NCBI RefSeq assembly: GCF_006345805.1
Contig: NC_043000.1
Location: forward strand, 162,378,001 to 162,442,000
Direction: 5' to 3'
DNA length: 64,000 nucleotides
DNA from: Octopus sinensis
Lineage: Eukaryota
In this document: in pieces, positions 41,082 through 53,815 of the stretch
How positions within the stretch are numbered: the first letter of the stretch is position 1
How the letters are laid out: every line of letters starts with the position of its first letter
Made by a program: the position numbers and the translations under genes
The notes under the pieces: model-generated
What the model saw: only the letters and a program-made list of their open reading frames with translations
Databases searched by the model: none
Told to the model about the DNA's origin: nothing

Positions 41082-41301
41082 TGACGATGACGATGACGAT
41101 GATGATGATGATGACGATGACGATGACGATGACGATGATGATGATGATGATGACGATGACGATGACGATGACAATGATGATGATGATGACGATGATGATG
41201 ATGATGACGATGACGATGACGATGATGATGATGATGACGATGACGATGACGATGACGATGATGATGATGATGATGATGACGATGACGATGATGATGATGA
41301 T
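40480..41301 (+). repeat. (GAT/GAC)n array of 822 bp (274 triplets)
   Basis: Direct reading; interrupted by five GGT and one AAT triplets; produces the poly-D, poly-S and poly-MT ORFs. Confidence 0.97.
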
Positions 41302-41628
41302 GAGGAGGAGGAGGAGGAAGAAGGAGAAGACGATGACGATAACGTTGGTAAAGTGAATGATGACGCTAATGACTCGAGGAAAATATCGACGGCGATGACA
41401 GTGATAAATGAGAATGAGGTTGATGATGACAGCATCGTTAATGGTGAGAGCAAAGTAATGTTCAGGGAGATGATGTTGTTGTCGTTTTGTTTGTTCTTAT
41501 TGGTTAAAAACAGATCAGTGCCGCGTAAGCCGCCCAAGGACCAAGAACTTTCCAGCCGAGGTCATAAAGTCTGTTATTCAAACAGTGTAAATAAGACTAC
41601 ATTATCGAATGATAGGCAGCAGCAGCAA

Positions 41629-41668
<40 letters not shown>

Positions 41669-41863
41669 GGTGGTGGTGGTGTTCGTCGTCGTGGCGGAAC
41701 AGGGTATTGTTTACATATTTATTTAAAAAAAAAATTATATCAAAATAATTAAGTAATTAGAAAATACTTTGGAAAGCTGTGTATTGTTTTATTTTATTAT
41801 TTTATTTTTTCTGTTGCTTTAATCAAACTTAGACTCCTGCAGCTGCTAATACAAGACATGAAT

Positions 41864-41899
<36 letters not shown>

Positions 41900-42435
41900 C
41901 TACATTCACTTAGAAATACAACGTGTGTGTGTGTGTGTGTGAGCGTTAAAGTGAGTTTGTAGGTGCGAGTATATTTACGTAAATTTGCATATTCATATAT
42001 GTCTGTATTCCTGTGTATTCTCATTTAAAAAAATCTTTATTTTTTTTTATAGATTTGATATTTGATATAATTCGGTTTGTTTGACTTCTCGTGATTGTTA
42101 CAATTCTAGAGCGTATCGACCAATACTCTTTAAAAGATGTTCTGAATAACAATAGAATGATTCATTAACGAGATTCTAATAAACATGACCTTTGTATGGA
42201 TTATCGGTGACACTATTTTGTAGTACTTTCAACTAAAATAAACATGAATAGGCTTGTCGCTCATTTCCTTGCAGATTTTAAGCACTTTTCGGTCTACTTC
42301 TTGCCGCGGACTCCCCACTTGGCTTAGCTTCCTGTTTCTGGATACTTTCAAAGAAGTAACGCCCAATGTCTTATTTTCGCCTCAGATCGATCAGAGGCAG
42401 CTGCAGTCTACGGAAAACATCAATATTTAAAGGAA

Positions 42436-42585
42436 TAAAGGTGACGTGCTGGCAGAATCGTTAGCACGCCAGGCAAAATGCTGAGCAGTATTTCGTCCCG
42501 TCTTCACGTTCTGGGTTCGAATTTCGAGGAGGTCGACTTTGCCTTTCATCCTTTCGGGATTTATCAAATAGGAATCAGTTGAAAG
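42436..42585 (+). mobile_element. SINE-B, 3'-truncated
   Basis: AAGGTGACGTGCTGGCAGAATCGTTAGCACGCC..GGTCGACTTTGCCTTTCATCCTTTCGG. Confidence 0.85.
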
Positions 42586-42779
42586 TTTGTAAGAAGTCAT
42601 TATTTACCAACGAAAAGATTAGCAGAAGCAAAATATCATACAAAATCCCTTGCTTTTTATTTAAGTTGTGAAATATATTCGTTTTTTTTCATTGTATTTT
42701 TCATTTTTAATTTTCATCTTTATATTTTTCATTTTATTTTTCTTCTTTATTTTATTTTATTTTATTTTATTTTTCATCA

Positions 42780-43470
42780 ACATTTTAAAAAAAATCATTC
42801 AATAATATATTCTCCATTATTCATGATTTCTGCCCAAGTTCAATTAGTTTTCAATGTCCGTACAGTAGCTATCACCGCGACTTGACTCGAAGAATTCATG
42901 GAGTCATGTTTCAGCTCCATATCATTATTGAACGAAACACCTTCTAAACTGTTGGAGAACGACAGAAAAAGACGATATTCTGAAGGCGCTAAACCAGGAG
43001 ATTGCGGTGGGTGAGGTAGAACTTCGCAACCGAGTTCTTGAGTAGTATTTTTAGTCAAATTAGTTACGTGTGGACAAGCGCTGTTGTTTTTTGGAGTTTA
43101 TCACATCGAGTGAAGGTGACGGGCGACGTTATCATTCCTAGTGGATTGAAACATCCTCGAAGATTCGCTCAATTGTCATTGAACAAGTTGACCGGATGGT
43201 GGAGAGTCTGTCAGGTCAAATTCCCTCGTCTTTGATGCATGAAAACCGTTTCTGTGTTCTTCCAGCATTGTCACCTTCGTACACAGCACAAATGTCTCGA
43301 GCGGCTCCGACAGCTTTGGTACTGTAATTGAAAGCGAAGAGAAGTAGATGTCGAAAATGGCCATTTTTCTCTACTTGGTATTCTATCTGAAAAGAGGTAA
43401 AATTTATGCGAATTACGGAAAAGAAGAACAAAAGTTGTACGGGAAGTAAAAGGGCTACAAAAATAACCCA
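42780..43470 (-). mobile_element. Internally deleted mariner transposase remnant
   Basis: N-terminal EKNGHFRHLLLFAFN..AARDICAVY (43216-43431), C-terminal LGCEVLPHPPQSPGLAPSEYRLF (42840-43058, the YSPDLAPSD motif); TIRs not clear. Confidence 0.85.
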
Positions 43471-44187
43471 TAAAACACTAGAATAAAAATATTTTTCATG
43501 TTATTTCAATTAACATTGGGAAGTAACGAACACATATATTCGACAACTCTAGTTACATTTTCGACAAAATACTGCGGTAGACGAGATTTTCCTTTCAACC
43601 TTCTGAGAATGTGCACCAGTGGGGGCGATTAAAATGGCTCCCTATATATTTGAGTTTTAGCCAAATAAAAAATTCTAATCTATTTAAGACCCAGTTATCT
43701 ATGACATTTGTAGATAACTGAGGGCTATATCAGTCTCCTTTATTTCTGTGTTGCCTTTATAAATTCCTTTTCATACTTGAGAATGATTTAGAAATAAAAT
43801 GAGCTGGTATAAATATAATTGGCTATAAGATGAGAGTGAAGAGAAGAAGAGGAAGAAGAAGAAAAGAGGAAGGTAAGGATAAGACAAAGGAGAGAAAGTG
43901 TTGATGAAAATATAAAATTGAAAATATAAAGCTGAAAAAGACAACATAGGATTTATTCACTGAAAGAATGTTGGTTGATTGAATAAGAACGATGAAAATA
44001 AAATTTTCGGAAGATTTAATGCTTGGTGAGTACATGTGCGTGTGTGGACATGTATATGCGTGTGTGCATGTGCGTGACTATGCATATATGCGTGTGTGCG
44101 CGTGCGTATGTATGTGTGTGTCTGTGCGTGCAAATATATTTGTGTGTGTGTGTGTGCTTGAACTCGCGCGCTTTTGGGCGTGCGTAC

Positions 44188-44245
<58 letters not shown>

Positions 44246-44934
44246 ATGTGTATGTGTGTGTGTCTGAACTCGCACGCTTTTGGGTGTGCGTACGTGTGTG
44301 TGTGTGTGCGTGTGTGTGTGTGTAAGGACGCACAACCGGAATTAATACAGTGATAAAATAATTTGATTGGCTTACACATGTGACAGATCTGAATTGAGTT
44401 GAACGAAAAATAGGAATTTGACACTTTCAGGATGTTATTTATTCTTCCTTTTTTGCTAAAGCATATGCATGCTCTCCTCTCTGTGTGGTGTTCAAAAACA
44501 ATACAAATGACCTAATTTGTGGATGTTGATTCCACATCCTACACTGACAATCTAATGCTATTGATTTTTATACCATATTTTCAATACATTTCAACTTCGA
44601 ATGACTGAAAGTACAATATTTTACTTTTTATGACAGTCAAATTCGAGTTGTACTCTATTTTAATTCTCATAAGGTAAGATAAGAGTTGTACTCGATTTTC
44701 ATTCTCATAAGGTAATGTAAGTCCTATAAACTTAAAGGTAAGACATAAGAAGAAAGATAAGTCTCATAAACGTGTTTTAAGGTCACCATTCAAAAAACAT
44801 CTGAAATTTTACTTTCTGAATGCCAGTCTAAGCGAAACGCATTTATCTAAAATTTATATTCACGGGCATGCTTTCCTTAATACTAGGACCCTCCATAAAC
44901 CCAAATTTTTATTTTGGTATTTATGGGAGCAACT

Positions 44935-45093
44935 GTCTTCGAAGACTCATATTGCCGTTGATTGCTCGAAATGGGGAGTAGATAGACAGCCGACAACTGA
45001 CGAAGGCTCATTCTTTGTAATACTTGTCCCTTTTTTTCTCGCTCTTTGCGTATTTAATTCATTTGTTTTCGTATTTCATGTTGTAACCATATA

Positions 45094-45095
<2 letters not shown>
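44935..45095 (+). mobile_element. P1-related repeat fragment
   Basis: CGAAATGGGGAGTAGAT..CTGACGAAGG..TTCTTTGT..TTGTCC resembles the minus strand of 25880-25950. Confidence 0.4.
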
Positions 45096-45133
<38 letters not shown>

Positions 45134-45220
45134 CGAGAAAGTGTTGGGGGTTAACAAGCTAACCCACTTTCACGCTCTTTCTAGACAGACAGACAGACAA
45201 ATAGACAGACAGACAGACAA

Positions 45221-45261
<41 letters not shown>

Positions 45262-45279
45262 TAGATAGATAGATAGATT

Positions 45280-45357
<78 letters not shown>

Positions 45358-46270
45358 GTTTATATCTAATTGTCTTATATAAATCACATTTCATCGCCTG
45401 AAAGTATCTACAAATGTCATCAAGCTTAAGACTTGTGATAACGTTCATGTCTTTAGAGATTTTATAATTACATATTAATATTGTATATGGTAATCAATAA
45501 GCGGTTTTGTTTCCATTCTTCGTTTTCAGACGGAATTTGACAACAGACCCAAGTACAGATACATATATGTGTTTGAAGTTGTACGTGCATTCGTATGTGT
45601 TTGTGTACATGTATACCCCTATGTATCTGTCTGCCTACCTCTCTAAATGTATGTATGTATGTATCTGCATGAATGTGCATGAAGAAGTCTAATTCCATAC
45701 ATTCCCTTCCTGCATTCACAGATGGAAGAAAGAAATATATAACCAGTGAACCAAATAAATAGATAAATAAATAAAAGAAGAATGTAAAAGTAAATAAATA
45801 AATAAATAATTTATAAAATAACAGTAGTAAATAAATAAAAAAATAAATAAAGGAATGTAAACAGAAATTATTATAAACTATCGATCTTTTGTTTAATATA
45901 GGAATCTGCAGATTTAATTCTAGCATCTTCTGAAGATTTCTGCGTTACAGTCACCAATTTTTCTTTGATTAAATATTCGCGAGATAATATTATCCTGAGC
46001 ATTTACGCTTGAAAAAGTATTGGCATTTCTGTGAGTACCTAAGCCAACATACTGGTCACTCAATACAATAAGAATTGAAGTATCTTTAAAGAGTTCCCTT
46101 ATTAAGGTTATCTCTAGAGGTTTTCTATAGCCAGCACTGATTTTGTTAAGAAAAAAATCAGTGCTGGCAATAATTTCTAGAGAAAAATTGTAGAGAAAAT
46201 CTTAACAAGTGATGTAGTAAGGTTGCTAATAGAGTAGAACACAGCATTGACTTATAAAAAACGTTTAATA

Positions 46271-46835
46271 TATTGGGTTGTCCGGAAACTTCGTGCTGAT
46301 TTATAGTAGCTTACCTTTTGACTTATTTTAAAACATGGTTGAGTCCATAAAATAGGATTTGACTACAACTCCATTTAGAGCAAAGTTTAAGCTATCTTTT
46401 CGTGGAAGAAGATTTATGTTCCTATAACCTGAGTTAATTCTGTAACCCTTTAAAATGGAAGATAAGAAAGTTCATTTTCGGCACTTGATGCTTTGGGAAC
46501 CAGACAAAAATTGCTGCAGCTCGGCTGAGATCTGTTACCCCACTCTTCATATTCACCAGATATTGCTCCTTCAGATTTCCACTTATTCAGGTCTCTGTAG
46601 AATAGTCTTAATGATAAAAATTTCAATTCCTTGGATGACGTAAAAAGATACCTTGATGAATTCTTTGCCATGAAACCACCTCAATTCTGGGAAGAGGGTA
46701 TTTTCAAGTTAAAGGAAAGATGGAGACGCATTGTGCAACAAAATGGTTCATATTTGGTTGATTAAAGATGTAATGGCAAGTATTTATTGACCTTTTTCTT
46801 TAAAAATCGGCACGAACATTCTGGACAACCCAATA
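46271..46835 (+). mobile_element. Non-autonomous mariner with both TIRs and TA target duplication
   Basis: About 30-bp TIRs TTGGGTTGTCCGGAAACTTCGTGCTGATTT and AAATCGGCACGAACATTCTGGACAACCCAA with 4 mismatches, TA on both sides; MEDKKVHFRHLMLW joined to the out-of-frame LLPHSSYSPDIAPSDFHLFRSL..KERWRRIVQQNG. Confidence 0.93.
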
Positions 46836-47001
46836 CTTTGTAGTATATAATGATTGCATAACGAAATACCGTGTCCCTACAGGTTATTTCTTTAAAGAAT
46901 TCTATCTACGCACCAGTACAATTTTATTAGACCAACTTAACAAGAGAAAAGGTGAAGCAATGGTTAAAAGTAACTAATTTCGAGACGAAGAAGTATCAGA
47001 C

Positions 47002-47048
<47 letters not shown>

Positions 47049-47863
47049 TGCATGTGTGTGCGCGCGTGCTTGTATGTGTGTATAGAAAGATACAGATTAA
47101 TAGACAGAGAGATACAGATTAATAGACAGAGAGGCAGACAGGCAGACGGACGGACAGGTAGACAGACAGAGACAGAGAGGGGGTAGAGATATAGAGAGAA
47201 GTTGAGTGAGAGAAAGAAACAGACACAGAGGGAGGGGAGAGAAAGACAAGGAAAGAGAGAGAGTGAAAGAGAGAGAGAGAAGACATCTTATTTACCATCA
47301 CTAAATCCTGGAAGAAATCACCTTCTAAACAGAACTTGGCGAGCGTGAGCGTCCACTACTACTACTACTACTACTACTTACAGATCCCTACAATAATATG
47401 CACTCACACATACTGACACACATTAATGTATGCTTTTTTAATAGAATTATTGCTATTTTTTCAAGTAAACGGTGATTCCTACCGACGGAAACCAATTTCT
47501 TCGGAACCAGAACTCAAATTATAAACAGCAGTCATATTAGGTTTAATGGGAGTGTCACATCTATTGGGGATTTTAGTTGTAAAAGCTGATCTTCACCTAC
47601 AGGAAACCTAGAGTACCAGAGAAATAAAATTTTACGAAAAAGGATTGCCTTTTCATCTACCCGATTGTAAGTACTCAGTTTCCCACTAAGCTACTAACGC
47701 GTGTTTGTAACTGTGTATGTGTTGTATACGTATGCATATGTGTGTGTGTGGTGTATGTGTGAGTGCGTGCGCGTGTGTGTGTGAATATATATATATGTAT
47801 ATGTATATATTATATATATGTATATATACATATTTTATATATATATATATGTATGTATGTATG

Positions 47864-47913
<50 letters not shown>

Positions 47914-47920
<7 letters not shown>

Positions 47921-48388
47921 ATTAGAGATAAAACCACTATTAGGCAAATCATACAATGAAAACCTTAAGCCAATACATAAGATTAATTAATTTATATTAT
48001 TTAAATATATATCAAAATTATTAAAAAAGATAATTAATATAACACTACGATCGTTTCATGGCTGTTCAATTCTTTAATCATTGATTAAACCTCGCCAAGT
48101 TAAATATTTAAACCACCTGAAGAATGACTGTAACTCGAAAATTTTAAGAATTGAACAGCCATGAAACGATCGTAGTGTTATATTAATTATCTTTTTTAAT
48201 AATTTTGATATATATTTAAATAATATAAATTAATTAATCTTATGTATTGGCTTAAGTTTTTCATTGTATGATTTGCCTAATAGTGGTTTTATCTCTAATT
48301 TAATATAATATAATATTTTACTATAAAATTGGATTCAATCCTAAATCTGATTTTTCCCTGTAAGTTTGGATTTATTCCCTAATATTTT

Positions 48389-48392
<4 letters not shown>
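47914..48392. mobile_element. PLE-terminal-like AT-rich element forming a 161-bp-arm inverted repeat
   Basis: Arms 47914-48074 and 48146-48306 with one visible mismatch; 71-nt spacer contains CTGAAGA (48117-23) and GAAA (48137-40). PLE origin is inferred. Confidence 0.7.
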
Positions 48393-48439
<47 letters not shown>

Positions 48440-48603
48440 GCGAGAAAGAAGCAACAAGAATGGATAGGTTTTGTTGCTTCTTTCTCGCTTATAATCACCC
48501 CACATTACTGTATTGTTAAATCAGTATAGTTTTTTTTTGGTGCATCTAAGTTAGGTACCATATTCAAGTAAATTCATTTAAATTAACTTGAATCTTTATT
48601 GCT

Positions 48604-48645
<42 letters not shown>

Positions 48646-48699
48646 GCATCCATTTCTAAGTAAGATTGTTCTTAATATATATATATATGTATACACGCC

Positions 48700-48849
48700 G
48701 AAATTGCGACGATAATCTGGTGCTTGACTGAGGATACAGGGCTTCGAATGACCTGTTCTTGTTTTTTTGTATCGTCCATTTGGATGTTTTGTTGTCCCCT
48801 TTTTGTATCATCTAGCTGTCCGGATGTTTTGTGTTCTTGTCCCATTTCG

Positions 48850-48896
<47 letters not shown>

Positions 48897-49079
48897 TATA
48901 CATACTATTTTTTCGTTGTTTAAAATAATGTCCATTTCCTTGGTTTCGTGTTTGTTTTCGTTTCTCATTGTGTTCGAGTTTTTTTGGTGTCCTGTACCCA
49001 TATATGCATGTATATATACATGTAGAGATAGGTACGTACATATATGTATGTATATATGCATATGTATTATTTATTTATT

Positions 49080-49085
<6 letters not shown>
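48700..49085 (+). mobile_element. Dispersed repeat P1 with internal (TA)n
   Basis: Homologous to 25690-25900 (-) and 5845-5900 (+). Confidence 0.75.
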
Positions 49086-49129
<44 letters not shown>

Positions 49130-49205
49130 TGTGTGTGTGTGTGTGTGCGCGCGCGCGTGCGTCTGTGTGTCTACAATGTTGTAAATGTATAATCCTTCGA
49201 CGTAC

Positions 49206-49325
49206 TGGCATTCCGTTCAGGGACAAGTTTAGCCAGCGCTGTGATCAGCGCATTGCGATCAGCGGTGTATAAGAACATCCGATAGTCTGGTCCTCTGTTT
49301 TGAGATCCGCTTTGACAAGCCGCTG
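49206..49325 (-). CDS. Candidate 120-nt internal coding exon (phase 1-1) of an unidentified gene
   Basis: Acceptor TTTATTTAATAG(CAG), donor GTACGT, open frame AACQSGSQNRGPDYRMFLYTADRNALITALAKLVPERNA, other two frames closed, GC-rich non-repetitive island; no family recognised. Confidence 0.3.
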
Positions 49326-49974
49326 CTATTAAATAAATTGTGGCAGAGGCAGTCATTCAAACAGACAAACAGACAGACAGAAGTAAATAGAGTTACAGAA
49401 TTCAAGATAGATAGGTTGTCAATGTAATCACAGTTTCTTCAATTTTTATATTCGTTTTTAAAAAAGTAAGAGAAGTGAGAATGGTGGAAAGGACATAACG
49501 AGAGAAGGGGAAAAGAGAGAGAGAGAGAGACAGACAGAGAAAGACGAAGAAGAAGAAGAGATTGGGACTTTACCACTCAAAGATAATAAATGCAACAGCA
49601 GTAAGGCAAATTCACTGCTCTTCAAAACGTTTGAGCTATTTTACCGCGCCTATCCCAACCCATCGCCATTTAACCTCGAGTATTTGTTTAATGACATAAA
49701 AATGTTATTTATGCAAATATTGGTCGCCGGCAAACACATCCTGTTCAACGACTTGATGGAAATACCGTTAATTTCGTTAAAGATTTATTAAGGAGATTCC
49801 CATTAAAGAGCACGTTTTAATTAACCACACACACACCCATACACACACACACACACGCGCGCGCGCGCATACACACACACACATGCGCACACACATATTC
49901 ATCTATTTCATCATCCTGTATGCCGTACCCGTCTAGGGCCTTTGACATTTTGCTTTTGCTAATAGCCTGAGAGG

Positions 49975-50120
49975 CGCCACTCTACAGCAGGTGTAATTCA
50001 TTTTCAATCAGTGAATGGGGTAACTTGAAGGGAAATGCTTTGACCAGGGACAAAAGCGCCGCCGCGTCCCAATATCGGACTCTGACCGTACAGTCGTAAC
50101 AGCATAGCCACTAAGTCACG
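49975..50120 (-). mobile_element. Old tRNA-SINE-like remnant
   Basis: Reverse complement GTGACTTAGTGGCTA..GAGTCCGATATT..TTGTCCCTGGTCAAAGCATTTC resembles an A-box, a B-box and a SINE core; weak. Confidence 0.35.
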
Positions 50121-50384
50121 TAACTTCAACATTTGTGTGTTCATGTGTGTTCTTTTGTGTGTGTGTGTGTGTGTGCATGTGTGTGTGTGTGTGCGTTTAT
50201 ACTACTAATGATAATTATCTATTCCTTTATTTGCTACCAGAGCCTTTTCATTCCTTCCTTCCTTCCTTCCTTCCTTCCTTCATTCATTCTATTATAAAAT
50301 GCCTTTATAGGATGTGGTGTTTATATACAAACAGCTGCAAAAAAAAAAAAAATTACGAATAGGAGACAAAAAACCTTACATAAT

Positions 50385-50951
50385 ATATTGGTCTTAAATT
50401 TTGGGAGAAGTTGTAAGTCGATTACATCGATCATAGTGCGAAACTGCTGCTTATTTTATCGACCTCGAAAAGATGAAAGGCAAAGTTGTCCCCGGTGGCA
50501 TTTGAACTCTAAATGTAACGTCGGAAGAAATACATATTTCTTTATTGCCCCAAAGGGGCTAAACACAGAGGGGACAAACAAGGACAGACAAACGAATTAA
50601 GTCGATTACTTCGACCCCAGTGCGTAACTGGTACTTAATTTATCGACCCCGAAAGGATGAAAAGTAATGTCGACCTCTGCGGAATTTGAACTCAGAACGT
50701 AGCGGCAGACGAAATACCTATTTCTTTACTACCCACAAGGGGCTAAACACAGAAGGGGCAAACAAAGACAGACAAACGGATTAAGTCGATTATATCGACC
50801 CCAGTGTATAGCTGGTACTTAATTTATCGACCCCGAAAGAATGAAAGGCAAAGTCGACCTCGGCGGAATTTGAACTCAGAACGTAACGGCAAACGAAATA
50901 CGGGTAAGCATTTCGCCCGGCGTGTTAACGTTTCTGCCAGCTCGCCGCCTT
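50385..50951 (-). mobile_element. SINE-B with three tandem core units, followed by an extra decayed head at 50955-51020
   Basis: Head AAGGCGGCGAGCTGGCAGAAACG, three cores, two linkers. Confidence 0.9.
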
Positions 50952-51870
50952 GAAACGCTGGCAGAAATACAGCTAAGTACTTTGTCCAGCGCCGTAACGA
51001 TTCTGCAAACCAACCACCTTCATCGCATAATCTATTAAGATTTTCAGAATGTTATTAAAGTATAGAATGAGTAATTACTCACGCATGGAGGGAAAGCTTC
51101 CAGGAGAGGAAATACCCTCTAAACGAAGTATGAAATATATAATTTTAAAAAAATGCAAAACAAAAAAAAGAAAAAAAAACCCGCATGTGTGGCTTTAATT
51201 ACAAATCTTTGGAGTATTGAGAAAACGATGGTAAATATTCTAATGTATTTCGATATATAATATGTTACAATACAAAACAAGAAAACGCAGAGAGATAAAC
51301 AAATAAAAATGCTGAGAAAGTGTCAGGTGTCCAGTTTATTTTAAAATTGAAACATAGAGTAGTTTATTGATTCAACTTTTCAGAACAATTACATAAGTGT
51401 ATCAGGTTGCCGGATCGTTGAAGACTGAAGTATTTTATGCTTGTTATTTAAGGAAAAATATATATGTAGCTCGGATCGTGAATGGATTACATTTTCAAAG
51501 GCAAAGCTTCAATTAAAGCTAGGAATAAAATTGAATGACTGAAACCGTAAAAATCCCCAGGGTTTAGGAATGGCGAGTAAAAGTTAATCAATGTAATTTT
51601 TAAAAAAAATATTAATGCATTTAATCATATAAAATAGATAAAAAATTTTATGTCGGAATATTGTTTATAAAGCAGCTTAACAGATCTTGGTTTAATTGGA
51701 AATAGATAAATCTTATACCAAAGAATATGTAAGATCAAAGAGGGGGAAGTAGATTAATTGAGTTTAGAAGATGTGGCGAAATATCAGTTGAATCCATCCA
51801 TTAATTCATCTCCCCCCTCTCTCTGTCTATTCTTCTTTCTCTCTCTTTCTCACTCTGTGTGTGTGTATAT

Positions 51871-51941
<71 letters not shown>

Positions 51942-52591
51942 TTCTATTTGTCTGTCTGCTTGAATGTTTGTCTATCTATACACAGAAGCAGACACATACG
52001 GGAATACAAAGTTTTTCCACACGAGTAGAAATACAAAGTAATAAAAGTGAAAATGCAATTGAAGTCTTTTAAAAGATTTATTTATATTTAGAGTAACTTC
52101 ACCAGTTTCGCAATTTCATGATTCCCAAACGTAAATTTGTTGATTGGCGGCTTCCTTTATATAGTAGCACAAGGAAAACATCGCCACAAGATACATATGC
52201 GTACATACATACACATATATTCATGTACGTGTATATATGTCCATAAACATATGTAAACATGTATATATCCTTACGTAAGTATACACACACATATATGTTA
52301 TTAGATATTAGATAATAAAACGAGTGGTTTATATTAGATCTCATAAACAGTTGCATAATGAACTACCTGCACACCTGTAGGACTACGTTGCGTCGAAACA
52401 ATTGTGATTAAAAAATAAATATCCACCCGCACCCCTTCTTGCTGACTCCGGTTCACACATGATAGATGCTCAAACGCAAGCCTAGAAATACGTATAATAC
52501 TACTACTGGGTAGCACAGAGTAGAGCTGAAGGTGAACGAGCTCTATACTCTACTACCTTCTTTACAGAATATACCATATATATATAATATA

Positions 52592-52652
<61 letters not shown>

Positions 52653-52689
52653 ATATATATATAAGTGTTCTCATATACATTGTTTTGTC

Positions 52690-53197
52690 TTGGTATAAAA
52701 GATGGGCTACAGCAAATATTCTGCTCAATACCACATATTTGTTTGTCAGTTGTTTGACCTTAACCAGTTGAGCATGTCCCTCAATGGCTGACGACATGTG
52801 CATCTCTGATCACGAGCAGAAGTAGTGGGGGAGCATCATAGTCATGTGTCGAGAGGGATTCTTTGGGGTTTGGATAATTCACCTCTGGAAACATGGGTGT
52901 TTCGTTCAACATCCTTAAACAACCCATATTCAGAGGCCTTTTGAGCGGGATGGGCTACTCGACCAGAAGAAAATTTTAACTGGGCCCCACCAAAAGGTCA
53001 TGTGCTGTTTATCATGATATGAGATCACCATGTCGCGCACATATAGTTGTGATGCATGTGTCTAGTGTACCCTTAGTAGACGGGTAGTCATGATGGGTAT
53101 ACTGGGCTTCATATATTTTACCCTAGTGTCACGTTGATGGCATGCACTGCTCTCTCACTCAATAATAATAATGATGATGATGATGATGATGATGGTG

Positions 53198-53242
<45 letters not shown>

Positions 53243-53390
53243 TAATAATAATAATAATAATAATAAAAACATCGAAAAATACTTTAGGAATGAGAACCCA
53301 GGTTTGAAATTTCCCCAAGACACCTGATGAAGGCTGGAGGGTGTATCAGCCGAAATATTGTAGTAACAACAAACAAGATGAGGACAAATC
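52690..53390 (+). mobile_element. Composite repeat: about 470-bp non-tRNA 5' module, (AAT/GAT)n, then the SINE-E tail with a hammerhead-like motif (53319-53364)
   Basis: Tail AACATCGAAAAATACTTTAGGAATGAGAACCCAGG..GACACCTGATGAAGGCTGGAGGGTGTATCAGCCGAAA..GATGAGGACAAAT aligns with 63062-63215 (-); the repeat status of the 5' module is inferred. Confidence 0.65.
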
Positions 53391-53635
53391 TAGAGGTACA
53401 TTTTCTGAACTAAAAATTATTAGGCGTGTTGTTGTCACGTATATGTTGCCAGTGATATGATACAACCGTTTAGACAGGAAGCAGCAATTCGTGCCAACTT
53501 GGTAAGTTTTGCAGTACTTGGAAGAATACCTTGGAATAACAATATTGATTAAAAAGTTTGATTCTGCATGAGAAGTTCTTAAACATTAAATAACGGTTTC
53601 AGGAAATACATAAACGTAAAAATATTGGTTCCAGA

Positions 53636-53815
53636 TTTTGTCACAAGGCCAGCAATTTCGGGCATGAGGGGTGTGGTAAGTGTTCAACTGGTGCTTACTT
53701 TATAGATCCCGAAAGGGTGAAAGACAAAGTCGACCTCGGTGGGATTTGAACTCAGACGAAACGCCACTAAGCATTTTATCGATTGTGCTAACGATTGTGC
53801 CAGCTCGTCGCCTTT
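53636..53815 (-). mobile_element. SINE-B monomer, degenerate
   Basis: Core GACAAAGTCGACCTCGGTGGGATTTGAACTCAG, head GTGCTAACGATTGTGCCAGCTCGTCGCC. Confidence 0.85.

Noticed and set aside
40410-41537. Poly-Ser (minus) and poly-Met/Thr (plus) ORFs
   Set aside because: Alternative frames of the same (GAY)n array
41505-41575. Possible minus-strand terminal exon (LYDLGWKVLGPWAAYAALICF*)
   Set aside because: Weak acceptor, and its phase does not match the 49206-49325 candidate in that frame
43613-43760. CAGTGGGGGCGATTAAAATGGCTCCC as a possible Tc1-type terminal repeat
   Set aside because: No matching inverted partner found in the window
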